Assembly: GCA_951406725.2 (NCBI GenBank)
Contig: OX597815.1
Location: 22,444,001-22,508,000 of the forward strand
DNA: 64,000 nucleotides
Origin: Octopus vulgaris
Taxonomy: Eukaryota
Direction of reading: 5' to 3'
Below are positions 12,583 to 24,712 of this stretch, in pieces; within the stretch, counting starts at the first letter, position 1; each line of letters opens with the position of its first letter. The notes under the pieces were generated by a model. It was not told where the DNA came from. It saw nothing but the letters and a program-made list of their open reading frames with translations, and did not search any database. The position numbers and the translations under genes were made by a program.

Positions 12583-14409
12583 GGACGGACGGGCAAACTG
12601 ATTGATGAATGAATGATTCATTGAACTTTATTTTTGATATTTATTTTAATATGAAAAACGAAGCCAATTATTAGTGATATTTCAAAGATGCTGACAACAT
12701 TTTCCTTATAAAAATAAATTTAATACAACACTTAAATGTACTAAATATTCTTTCAGTTTAGTTGATAGACTTTTGTGTATTTTACATGAAGCACGCACAC
12801 ACATATTTATTGATATGTAGCTTCGAATAAAACCAAATGGACTGATAGTCGCAAATATGAATATCCCTATATACACACGCATGTGTGTATATATTTATAT
12901 GTACTCAAACGTTCTCAGTTACATGTGTCAGAGACGAAAAATAATCGTAAAGATGAGTCAGCAAAAAGAGATGGAGGATTCGCTGTGTGTATGCAAGATG
13001 GCTTACAAGTCTTTCACGAAAATGAGAATAGCAACAATTGTAAAGAAATCTCGCAAGAGTAATCAGATGTATTTGATGTGAGTGAATTAGCTATGATGTG
13101 AACTGAGGTCGCATCGTGGCGTTATTAATAGTGGCAGTAGTGGTGATTCAGGAAAGATAAGGATGTTGCGTATCTGCTATCATTGTAATTTCTCTTGTTA
13201 AGATCATAAGAAACATCAACATATAATAAACATTCCTTGGAATATGAATGTAACTGAATGCATGTTAATAGAATTATGATACTGCAGCGTTTGATTAAAT
13301 GCTGTGCGGTTACCTCTGGTTCCAACAAGGAGGAAGCATTTATACAGGATAGAGTTACGACTACATTTAGCCTCCTGCTGCATTGAAATAATATTATATG
13401 TCCCTGCGTTATATTAGTAAATAACTCAACTCTGTAGTTACATTAATGCATGAAAGAGAACCACCAGTTGTTTCAGAAATGCAATAGTCGGATATTTCGA
13501 CAAAGAAAATTTGTGGTCTTAATCATCTCCTAAATCATCGAAAAGGCCTCATTACAAAGGGATTAAAGAGGAAACATGAAGTTAAGGTTAACAAAGAAAA
13601 TATACAATATCCCCATATATATATATGGGGATATTGAATATATATATATATATCCGTTGATAGTTTCGGTCTCGTTTTCAGATACATAAAACAATTAGTT
13701 GGCTATTGGTGTATACAAGTGTGCTAGTTTAGATTAGATCACAACTATTCAGTTTCAAATTATAGTTTATGCATCGAGATAACAGATTGTGTGCTATTGC
13801 AGTAAAAGTAAAATAAATGCATCTTTATGGAGATGAAATGTATCTTTCTTGCTTTGTTGGAAAGCATTTGTTGAAAGACGCTTCGCAATATTCAAAACTA
13901 TTTTTATATGTATACGAAACGAAATTGCAAAGCAGCAGAATTCAATATCCTATTAAGATAATCAGTAAAAACAACAAACAGCATTTCAATTAAAGTCATC
14001 AGCTTGTTCATTAAATACTTTTCTGATTATCTGTGCAATCACTGCAATATCAAATCCATCAAATCAAACTATATCTTTCATCGCATTCACCTAGAGCAAA
14101 GAGTTCATTTATATATTTATTATACATAAATTTATCATTAATTACAACTTGGTTGTCACTTGTATTCAGCTAACTGATATACTTCTTTTTTCTTTGTTAC
14201 ACTATAAAATATATTAAACTGACATTCAAATATGCGTGGTTATATAGTTATGAAGTTTGTTTCGCGACCACTTAGTCTTGTTTTCATCCGACAGTACGGA
14301 GCCTTACGAAAGTGTTTTTAGTCATAGTTTTGGTCCGACAATATTGGGAGTGAAACGAGATAGAAGAAACATATGTAGATGTCCATCGTATATTATTATT
14401 ATTACTGTT

Positions 14410-15625
14410 TTACTTCTCAGAACGTTCGGTCTTGTTTGTTCTGGCAGATTCTGTAGGAGCAGACAGTAGCCTGCTGTCAGAGGTCTCACAGAGTCTCTTT
14501 CCGCACGTTATAAGCTTTGATATTTGGTTGTTAAAACTCGTAGAAGACATTCAACATCCAAGTACCAATCTCAAAATTATAGCCGTCCCCAGCAGAGCAG
14601 CTTTTGGGTTTGCTCTGCTCTCATATCAATTCCGATTTCTTTGACATATTTCTTGAATTTGGTTGTTAGTGCTCCGAGTGCCCCCTACAACTACAGGAAT
14701 GACTGACACTCTCCACATAGTCCACATTCTTGCAATTTCGTCTTTTGGTAGTCTGTACTTTTCAATCTTTTCTAGTTCTTTGTCACTTATGCACGCATCT
14801 CTCGTAGCTGCCGCATCTTAGCGATCTCAATTCGCAGGTCTCCATATTTATCAACTTTTTCTCTTTCTTTCATGATGATGTGTTGATCTCCTGGCACTGC
14901 TACGTCGATCATTAAGCACTCTTATTTGTCCCTTCTAAAGGTTACTACAACCGGCCTTCGGTGCTCTAACACTTGATCTGTCTGGAAATCAAAGTCCCAG
15001 AGAATTTTTGACTTCCCCTTTTCGTCCATTACCTTTTCCGGGATATGTTGGTACCAAGCATCCGTAACCTCATATCCACGCTTACGGCATAGTAGCTAGT
15101 GGAGGTTTTGGGCTACTTTGCCAAGTCTACGCTGGTACTCTTTCTGTGCAAGACTTTCACAATCACTGACAATGTGAGTCACACTTTCGACCCTCTACCT
15201 ACATAGTCTGCAGAGATCCGATGTACTTAACTGGTATATATTCTTTTTCACTGAGTTGGTATTCAATGCCTGGTCCTGGGCCTCGATGATTAGGCTTTCA
15301 GTATTCTTTTTTAGGTCACCCTTGTTGAGCCACCTCTATGATGCTTCTTGGTCTTTCTATTTATTGGTTTCACGGTGGAACTGACAATGTAATTCCATAA
15401 GGAGTAGGGTTTCTTCTCTCTCCTTGGCTGTTCTTGTTCGGAATTTATGAGCACTCTCAAGTCCATTTTTGTTAACTCCTTTTGCACTAGTAGCATACTG
15501 CAGCAGGTCTTCTTTGCTGTTTACCAAATATTCTGCCGTGTTTCTTCTTTTGCTGGTGATGCACTCTAATCCGCTGGTGATGTACGCTAATCAGCCCACG
15601 TCCACCCTTACTTCTCTTCATGTTT
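14410..15625 (-). mobile_element. R4/Dong-clade non-LTR retrotransposon 3' region (CCHC + restriction-like endonuclease), composite of two pieces
   Basis: Minus translation: CRLC..ESVTHIVSDCESLAQKEYQRR..KILWDFDFQTD..RRP..IDVAVPGD..EKVDKY, then KELEKIEKY..IPVVVGALGA..ALLGTAIILRLVL. Flanked by (ATT)n. Confidence 0.88.
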
Positions 15626-15887
15626 ACTTCCTATTATTATTATTATTATTATTATTATTACTACTATTATTATTATTATTATTATTATTTAGGCTGCGAG
15701 CTAGTAAAATCGTAGAGTGTTGTAAAAAGAATTCATTCAAATCCCACCAGATTAGTTTTGTCTCTCATCAATTAAGGAACGATAAAATGAAGCATCAGTC
15801 AATTATTGGAGTCGATGATATTGACTAGTATCTTTCTTTCAAACTACTGGTCTTGTGTTTAAATTAGAAAGAGTCATGTGTATGTGT

Positions 15888-15932
<45 letters not shown>

Positions 15933-16540
15933 TGCAAACGTGTCTTTCGGTGAAGTATACAGGTGCAAGATGTAAGCATTGGCTAAACAACTGATAAGTC
16001 TGTACATTAGAACAACGTTCATTGTAGAATTTCTTCAGTCGATTTGCTCAGGCAATCTGTTGTCACTGTTTGTCACCTTCCAAATGAATAAGTAGTAGAA
16101 ACAAAATAAGATAAAAGTGAACAAATAATTGGCCTGTTGGATACCAGTTAACAAGATATGATATAAAACAACGATGTTTACTTTTCCCACTATTGGTTTA
16201 TTGTACTATTCATTTTATTGTGAGATCATACAATAATGCAACTATCTCATTGTACGAGAAAAAACACTCACTTTGAATATATTTGCAAGTAAACTATCTA
16301 GTTTTTATAAATACTGCTGGATAAACCACTAACGGGATTCGCTAACCTTGAATATTTATTTATATTTCTACGTTGGTGTTTGTTTTGTGATACATGCGAA
16401 AAACAAAAGGTCTAAATATATTTCTGAAATCGTAAAAATAAAAAGAAAGGAAAAGAAATATCATAAGGAAATCATTAGGAAGTAAATAAAAATACGTATC
16501 CAATTAATGAATTTCTAAATAAAGATAAGAATATTATTAC

Positions 16541-16733
16541 CAATTACTGCTGCAATACTGGTTGCCGTGGGGCTATTCGCAACAGGTTTTTGGTCCACTA
16601 GTTGTCCGTGGTGAAATTCTCTTTTTGTAATATTTTTTACAATACCAAGTGGGTCGTTTCGAGCTGTGACTTCGTATTCATCAGCTGTTGCCATGTCTCG
16701 GTCAGTTACCACGGCAGATAAGCTTTTGATAGT
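16541..16733 (-). CDS. Ret: RET orthologue, exon equivalent to human exon 5 (CLD3)
   Basis: Acceptor ttttcag, donor G|GTAATA, 193 nt, phase 0-1. TIKSLSAVVTDRDMATADEYEV carries the DxD Ca2+ motif (human DTVVATLRVFDAD). Confidence 0.88.
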
Positions 16734-16873
16734 CTGAAAAATACATCACTATATGAATATCTACAATAAAGAATCATACAAGCAAAATTTCAAGAAATCA
16801 CAAGAAAATATCAGATCAGTCTGTGAAATTAACTGGACTTTTGAGAAGGACAATTTCAATTTTACTACATTAA

Positions 16874-17104
16874 GGCGGCGAGCAGGCAGAAACGTTAGCA
16901 CACCGGGCGAAATGCGTAGCCGTATTTCGTCTGCCGTTACGTTCTGAGTTCGAATTCTGCCGAGGTCGACTTTGCCTTTCATCCTTTCGGGATCGATAAA
17001 TTAAGTACCAGTTTTGCACTGGAGTCGATGTAATCGACTTAATCCGTTTGTCTGTCTTTGTTTGTCCCCTCTATGTTTAGCCCCTTGTGGGTAATAAAAA
17101 ACAA
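16874..17104 (+). mobile_element. SINE family B, young, with 22-bp target site duplication
   Basis: TSD aatttcaattttactacattaa at 16852-16873 and 17105-17126. Confidence 0.93.
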
Positions 17105-17645
17105 AATTTCAATTTTACTACATTAACGGAGCTGTTTATTGCTAATGGCTGTTTTATTCATTCATGACAGTATCCAAAGACATATATGCACCAGTGTGCT
17201 AGCCATTTTCAGTAAAGTAACTTCGCTCATTGGTTGATTTTTCTATTATAACTATCTTATTTCTATTACATGTTTATCTTATTCAGAATGAGAGGAACAC
17301 TGCAATTTTTACGCTTTGTATAATGGATATTTTCATATTCTGTGCACAAAAAAACATGATGCAAATAGAAAACAGATTGAATTATTAAGATTCAAATATA
17401 TCATTTAAAAAACGTTTTTTGTCCTCATTCTTATATAAATATCATTTTTATAAGATACAAGACCAATTTATTTATGTAGAGATAGCTCGGAAACAACATC
17501 TTGTTAGTACTTATTTTGTCCTTCTTTTTGTAATGGATAAAATTAATGACAAACTTAAGCTAAACAAAATAGCTAGGGACGTAGTGGATACTTATTCAGT
17601 CTGAATGCGATGATAAACACATGCACATACACATACTACTTACAT

Positions 17646-17734
<89 letters not shown>

Positions 17735-17735
<1 letters not shown>

Positions 17736-17898
17736 AGGAGTGGTTGTGTGGTAAGTAGCTTCTTTACCAACCTCCTGGTTTCGGGTTCAGTCCCACTGCG
17801 TGGCACCTTGGACAAGTGTCTTCTACAATAGCCTCGGGTCGACCAAAGCCTTGTGAGTGGATTTGGTAGACGGAAACTGAAAGAAGTCCGTCGTAGAT

Positions 17899-17964
<66 letters not shown>

Positions 17965-18170
17965 TTGTGTGTTTGTGTTTGTCCCCCAAACATCGCTTGA
18001 CAACCGATGCTGGGGTGTTTACGTCCCCGTAATTTAGCGGTTCGGCAAAAGAGACCGATAGAATAAGTACTAGGCTTACAAAGAATATGTCCTGGGGTCG
18101 ATTTGCTCGACTAAAGGCGGTTCTCCAGCATGGTCACAGTCAAATGACTGAAACAAGTAAAATAGTAAAA
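17735..18170 (+). mobile_element. SINE family A
   Basis: Near-identical to the 4955 and 10860 copies. Confidence 0.93.
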
Positions 18171-18949
18171 AAAAGAGTATAGGTATATATATATATTTAT
18201 AGTTAGAGACTGGAGGTGAGATAAAATATAATGAATTCAGATAAATATTGTGAGAATATGGAGTGAAAAATATAGAGAGAGAGACAGACAGACAGACAGT
18301 GATGAAATTGCAACAGTGATGCACTAGGAAAGTTTCCTCCATCTGGAAAGGAAATTTTTTTTCCAGACAAATGTGATTAGTAAATAAAATTTGTAGCAGA
18401 TACACGATGCTACAACTGTAGGTTAGGGAAAGCTTCACGTGAACTTAGTCTACCACCTGTATTTCGGGTTATAGCTATTTCACATTATTGGCGTAGTATA
18501 TTGTGTGTATGTGTGTGTGTGTGTATCAAGGGTTGAACAGACAGAACACAACAAAGAGAAAAAGTTAGACGAAAGGAGATCAAACGGGAAACTAGCCGAA
18601 AACTTAACGGACGAAGAATATACACAAAGACACGATACACGGAATTGTCGCAGCTGAGTTTTCCTCGTCAGTCAATGAGTCAAAATATCATCGTGGTTTC
18701 ATGCCATTATCACTGAGATCACACAATCTTGGAGGCGCCAGTGCTGTGTTAAGCTACTGAGAAAAAGCTAGCGAGTGTATACAGACGAAGAATTATGAAT
18801 GCATAAGAGCACGAAGTGTATGTTTATTAACACCGGTATAACCAGTATAAAATACCGGTGTTGTTTATGTCAGTTATATATATATATATACATATATATA
18901 TACATATACATATATATATATATACATATACATATATATACATATATAC

Positions 18950-19004
<55 letters not shown>

Positions 19005-19008
<4 letters not shown>

Positions 19009-19234
19009 TCCAAACAAGAAAACACAGAAAAAAAGGGAAAAAAAAAACACAGCAACGCAGGACGTGGAACAATTAAAGTATTATTGACGCTCAGGAAAGA
19101 AGGGAAGGAGGGTTTAACGTTTCGAGCGGAGCTCTTCGTCGGAAACAAGGAGAAGGAAAGATCCCAAGGAGGGAAGACAGAGGAGACAATATTTGAGCTG
19201 GTGGTGCTTAAGAGATCACATGTTGAAAAGAACA

Positions 19235-19274
<40 letters not shown>

Positions 19275-20220
19275 ATTTACAAAAAAATACAAAAGTTGAA
19301 GACGGGCGTGTAAACAATAAACAGATATATTAGTTTAATGCTCAGGAAGTGAGAAAGTTTTTTACCTTCCGAGCCTACGCTATTCAACAGAAAGTAACAC
19401 AGGAATAAGCAGAAAGAGAAAATAAAAAAGGTTTAGTGGCTAGCGATCAATCATGGCGAATGCCGGTCAGAGGTGGTCAGACAGGAGAGCTAGGAAGAAG
19501 GGAGAGCCAAAACGAATGTGTGCGTGCGTGTGTATGTGAGAGCGTGCATGGTGACTTTGACGTGTGCGTGTGTGCATGTGTAGGGGTGGGGTAACAAGGG
19601 AGGGTGACGATGAAGGGAGAGAGTGGAAGGCAGAATGTAATTAGCAGTGAAAAGTGGAAGTAGGTGTCAGAGCAAGAGAGGAGAGGAGTGGTGGGTGGGA
19701 GTGAAGGGAGAAAATAGGTGTGATACGAAGAGGAGAGAGGGAGTGTTAGATGAAGAGGGGAGGAGAGTTGAGCCCATATGGCGCAAAGGAGCAAAGAGAG
19801 ATTAATTCCTGTTCTCGGCGAAGACGGGAGTCCGGATGGCCCCTGTGCAAGGTCAATCCGAACACAGACAGGTATTGTAAGGAATGACCGGTAAAACAGA
19901 AATGGCGCGGGACCGGGTTGTCGTTGCCGGAAGGCTCGAAAAATGGTGCGTTTGAAAGGTAGGTGAAGAGAAACGGGAGACGGGTGACGGCGGGGCGGGT
20001 GAGGGGGAGAGCGCAGATGCACGGTCCACGGAAGTGCTCTGGTAAGGTTGGTGTGGATAGTGGTGAGGAGATATCCATGTAGGATGAAGTGGCGAGCCAT
20101 GAGTTGAGACTGAGTCTTAAAGTCATGGTTGTCACTGCAGAGCCTGCGCCGACGGAGGAATTGGGGATAGGAGATGGAGAACTTGGTGTGTTCAGGGTGG
20201 GTTGCAGAGCATGAAATCTC
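19005..20220 (-). mobile_element. Penelope-like retroelement relic (RT C-terminal region plus terminal repeats with hammerhead motifs)
   Basis: Minus translation HPEHTKFSISYPQFLRRRRLCSDNHDFKTQSQLMARHFILHGY matches the PLE HPxH..SIPYSQxLRLRRxCS..F..RGYP motif. Terminal repeats lie among (TA)n tracts. Confidence 0.85.
19112..19146 (-). ncRNA. Minimal hammerhead motif, U4>C variant
   Basis: GTTT-CCGACGA-AGAGC-TCC-GCTC-GAAAC-GTT-AAAC, with palindromic AACGTT stem III. Confidence 0.6.
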
Positions 20221-20566
20221 GAGATATAGAATTATCCAAACTTTTGTATATTTTCTTGCTCATTCATCCGAATAATTATCACATATTATTATTACAGATA
20301 TATATATATATATGATATGATATGAAGGTGGAAATAGCAGAGAAGTAAATCTAAGACATTTCAATTTAAGAAGGAATTTAATAAAATTTTTCAAAAAATC
20401 ATTTTTTAAAATTCCTTCTTAAATTGAAATGTCTGAGATTTTCTTCAGTGCTATTTGTATTGCTCTCTAATCTTTTTACAACTATATATATATATCGTAA
20501 ATTCACATATAGCGTCTATAAAAGCTAAATCTACAAGCTCAAAAATTGCAGAAGAATTTGTTAGTG

Positions 20567-20638
20567 GGTAGTTTAGCTTAAAGGTAAAGCACTTGACCGG
20601 TAATCACAGAGATGTAAGTTCGACTCTCATGGCTGGCC
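20567..20638 (+). pseudogene. tRNA-like sequence (pseudo-tRNA or SINE head; GGT in the anticodon position)
   Basis: A-box tagcttaaaggta and B-box agttcgactc with tRNA spacing; stems imperfect. Confidence 0.5.
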
Positions 20639-20809
20639 GCTAACAAAGAAAAAAAAATTCTGCAATATAAGGATGTTCTATCCTATTCGTGCTATTCAAC
20701 ATTATTCTACGTTTGGGAATTTCCATATTTGTATATTTCAATACATCTCAACGCTTTAAAAAAAAAAGAGAAAGCAAACTTTGTTTACATATATCGTTAT
20801 ATATATATC

Positions 20810-20948
<139 letters not shown>

Positions 20949-21081
20949 ACAAATTGCAGGTTTCTGTTTCTGAAGTTCAATCTTCTATCACAGTGTAAAA
21001 AATATGTTTATCAACAAAATTATATCCCATTCAAAAATAGGCTTTCTGCCCGTTTGTATGAATATTTTCTGAAATGTTTAC

Positions 21082-21341
21082 CTCCGCTGGATTAATTGTT
21101 CTTTGAAAATGTTGTAATGTTTGAAATAAAGGTGGATTATCATCAACGTCACCTACAATCACTCTAATGTTTCTTTTAAATTTAGAAACTTTTTGCGTTG
21201 GTAGATGTACCGTACATAAAACAGTTAAATGTAATTCTGCAGTGTCCTCGCGATTTAAAGGTGATTTTAAATATAAAAAAGATGTATTTTGCTGCACTTC
21301 AAAGAAATCTGCTATATGCATTCCATTCCTGAGATTTGTTC
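21082..21341 (-). CDS. Ret: RET orthologue, exon equivalent to human exon 4 (CLD2 and Ca2+-binding linker)
   Basis: Acceptor ttttcag, donor GAG|GTAAAC, 260 nt, phase 1-0. Cadherin motifs LYLKSPLNRE, LTVLCTV and VIVGDVDDNPPLF correspond to LDRE and DEDDSAP. Confidence 0.92.
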
Positions 21342-24300
21342 CTGAAAAGAGTAAGAAAATATGTTTAAAGTTTCTTCATAATCATGAACAAAATTGTGAA
21401 CATTTGACTCATCAACATTAAAAAGTAATAAACCTCCATCCCCAAAATTGTCTAATGCTTAAATACATTATACTGTGTTTATGTATTCACTCTATAAAAT
21501 TTTGATTATATCTCTCAGGAGATATAATAAGCTCTTCAGCCGTAGATCAATTGGTAGCAAGTTTCTGTTCGCTTAACTATATCTAAATACAATAGTTAAT
21601 TACTAAATGTCATGTAAGCAGCTGTCTAGAGAAGGTGTTTATTAGGTGATATATTGTTATGATTGCTAATCTAATTATCGAATTGCAACACGGAAGGAGC
21701 TCTAGATCACTGATATTTAATAGTTGAAGTAATTCTACATAATGATAGTTAAAAATATATCTGCGTCATAAATCGGGCCACACTGCAGAATCCGGACATG
21801 CAGTGACAAAAACAAACTGATAAAATCTAAACTTTGATACCAAGAAACCACACTGAGATACGTTAAACATTTGAGTGTCAGCGTTAAATTGTAGTTTGGG
21901 TGAGATCTTAATTATGCAGACTAAATATATTTATCTCAAATACAAATAGGTTTTATATAATGTAGCATAATAACGTTTCGATAGTTAAGCACTTCTACAA
22001 TATACCCAAATCTAGCCCGATGCATCATTTTGCAAATAGATCAGAAAGTTTATTCACTTGTTGAAGACACAAGGCAGAGAATACTTGAAGTCAGAATCAC
22101 TTTTAGAAATAATATTTTATGATCAATATATAAGATATTATTGATCTAGTATTAAGGACGTATTAAGTAATTACAAAGATATAGAAGGAAGTCTTGTTGC
22201 ACCAAAAGCTTAAAAACTACTACAAACAATGAATTCTCTTACAAAATAAACATTCCATACCACCCAAGCCTCTAATAACTTTTGGAAATACTTAAGCGTC
22301 ACAACTCTAATTTATTGCACTCCTTTATATCTAGGGTAAGTAACATATACCTTCCATGTAGTGTTTATAGCATGTTAGGCTTGGTAATGGATATGCTACT
22401 TATGGCATTAAACATGTTTCTGTTAGTAGGGTATATATTTGTATTTATGTCTTTACGAGTGCATATAAAATGAACTTGTATATACATTTGTGCATGATGG
22501 AATTACTAGAAACGAAGCGATAACTGTGACTTATCTCGCTAGAAACTAACAGAAACTATTTTATTGGGCTACAATACGTGAAATACGAGATTTCAACAAT
22601 CAAAAGGCCTCCTCTATCGCTTATCTCATTTTCTAACTATGCCTTTTACTTCATTCATGCATTTTCTTTTATTTTGTCTCTTTACATAGTGCTTTCGATT
22701 TTCTATTCATGAAATTTAGTTTGTTGGTTGTTTATAATTTTTAGCTTTGTTCTTTGATTCGTGTCACATGATGTTTAGGTATTATTGCTGGTGCTTTTTT
22801 AAGTTATCATAGTCACTATTATTATTGCTTGCAGAGAACAAATAGCATGTGTCTTAGCCGAGAAACATTAAGCTGTATAGTTCTTTCTCTGTTTTAAATA
22901 CGCCGATTAAAATAGAGATAGAATGGGAGTGGAAAAGAATTAGAAAACGTAAATTATGAAGACAGTGAGAGGGTGTGTCATACGAAGAGAGGTTATTCAA
23001 ATTGAGTCACATTGGTTGTACGTGAACCGACATACATAATGAGTATATGCGCACACGCATATCACTGAATGGCTGTTTTAAGCTCAAAGTAAGATTCAAA
23101 GTATTAGATAGCTATTCGCTGTATTTTCGAAGAGGGAAATGACGGGGTTTGCATTCTCGAATTTTCGCAGTTTGTGTTCCGTCAGCTAAGGCGGTCCCTA
23201 TTACAGCATCCGGAAATTTAAGCAAATTGTTGACAGCTAAAACAAGAAACCTTGTCTTCTCAAATATGTAGTGATTGACATCATGTGGCAAGAAGGTGTA
23301 TGTTGCGGTAATAATGCTGGAGTAGAACAATGTTATTACTGATATCATTTTTTTTGCGTCGTTTGGGAGATGAAAATATGATCAATGTCATTGTTAAGAA
23401 AGTAAAACAAGATATGTATAGTTAACGAAATTGAGATGACATAAGGGAAATAGGAAAGAAGACTTTTATAGTAGAGCAGCGAATTGATTATTTGAGTCGG
23501 AAGTATCCACGTCAAAACATGCTCTCAGAGAGCACTCTGGGAGAAACGTATGAAAAAACACGACGTAAGAAATGAGTGGAGGTCCTATATTGGTAACTTA
23601 AATAAGAAGGTTTCTTGTCGAAAGCTTTTCTATGTCAAGTGTCGTAACATTGCTTTTACCGGAGTTATCAAGAATGCTAGAGCACCGGAAAATGATATAG
23701 AAATGCATGTTTCAGGTATATTCGACCCAACAAAAACCGAATTGGTGGTCTCTAAGAAGCTCATGAGCAGTTCAGATTTTTTACCGAAACATATCGTTTT
23801 GCATAGTTGTTTATCACACAAGTTTTGATCATGTGTTGAACAATTAACTTCGGATGGTAATCTCGGAATTTCGCATTCCATCAACGTGCGTGGTACTTTT
23901 GCCAAGTAGCATCCATCTCGAAATTGACCTACATCAAACGGGGAGATTGCATTACCTGAAACAGAGCTGTTGTGAAGCTATCGAATGAACCGGGCTTGTG
24001 ATTCGAAGCTTTGCCATTTGTGTAATGAGAATTTCTTCTTTGTGTGTGTGTGAGCTCAGTTACAGATAACGGTATGAATAATACGTTCTAGTGATGAGAC
24101 ATGAACAGTCCTACGATGAAACCGACTTGAGAGACCTGCAACACACATACCAGTGCGTGCATGTATGTGTGCACGTATTCATGTGCAAACATTAATTTAG
24201 GGAATATGTTGCTATTAAAACATTGTTTAGTTCCTGAAAAGAGGGTTTCATACGAACTGTTATAAGAGTTTAATTCTACGTTCAAAATGTTAAATACTAG

Positions 24301-24529
24301 TGTATAATTTGACTAACTCTAAAATATTGAACTTCAAGGAAATCCTCGTTAACATACTGCAGTAATATGTGATACAGGGAGGAAGAAAACAGTAAGCAGA
24401 AGAAAAAAACAAATAAAGTGTATTTTAAATATTTCTAACGGATGAAAGCTTTTATAACCCTGAATATGACAAGTCTATTTAAGGCAATTGCCCCCTTAAA
24501 ATTTGTAAATCCCAAACTATTCCTATGAA

Positions 24530-24712
24530 CTGTTGCTTCGCCGTTACGTTGTGAGTTCAAATTCCGCCGAGGTCGACTTTGCCTTTCATCCTTTCGAGGT
24601 CGATAAATTAAGTAGCAGTTATGCACTGGGGTCGATGTAATCGACTTAATACCAATGTCTGTCCATGTTTGTCCCCTCTATGTTTAGCCCCTTGTGAGTA
24701 ATAAAGAAATAG
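24530..24712 (+). mobile_element. SINE family B, 5'-truncated
   Basis: Body and tail match the 33428 copy. Confidence 0.88.

Noticed and set aside
13125-13380. ORF in the RET intron with nearby cag acceptors
   Set aside because: Splicing in the required phase 1 hits TAA within three codons, and the flanking exons already join in frame.
18640-18720. SECIS-like or hammerhead-like pattern on the minus strand
   Set aside because: The helix register does not fit a SECIS core, and CTGACGA has no matching GAAA/stem III.
21031-21081. Extension of the cadherin exon (VNISENIHTNGQK)
   Set aside because: It ends in a stop with no good donor. The GAG|GTAAAC donor at 21082 gives the phase 0 needed by the next exon.
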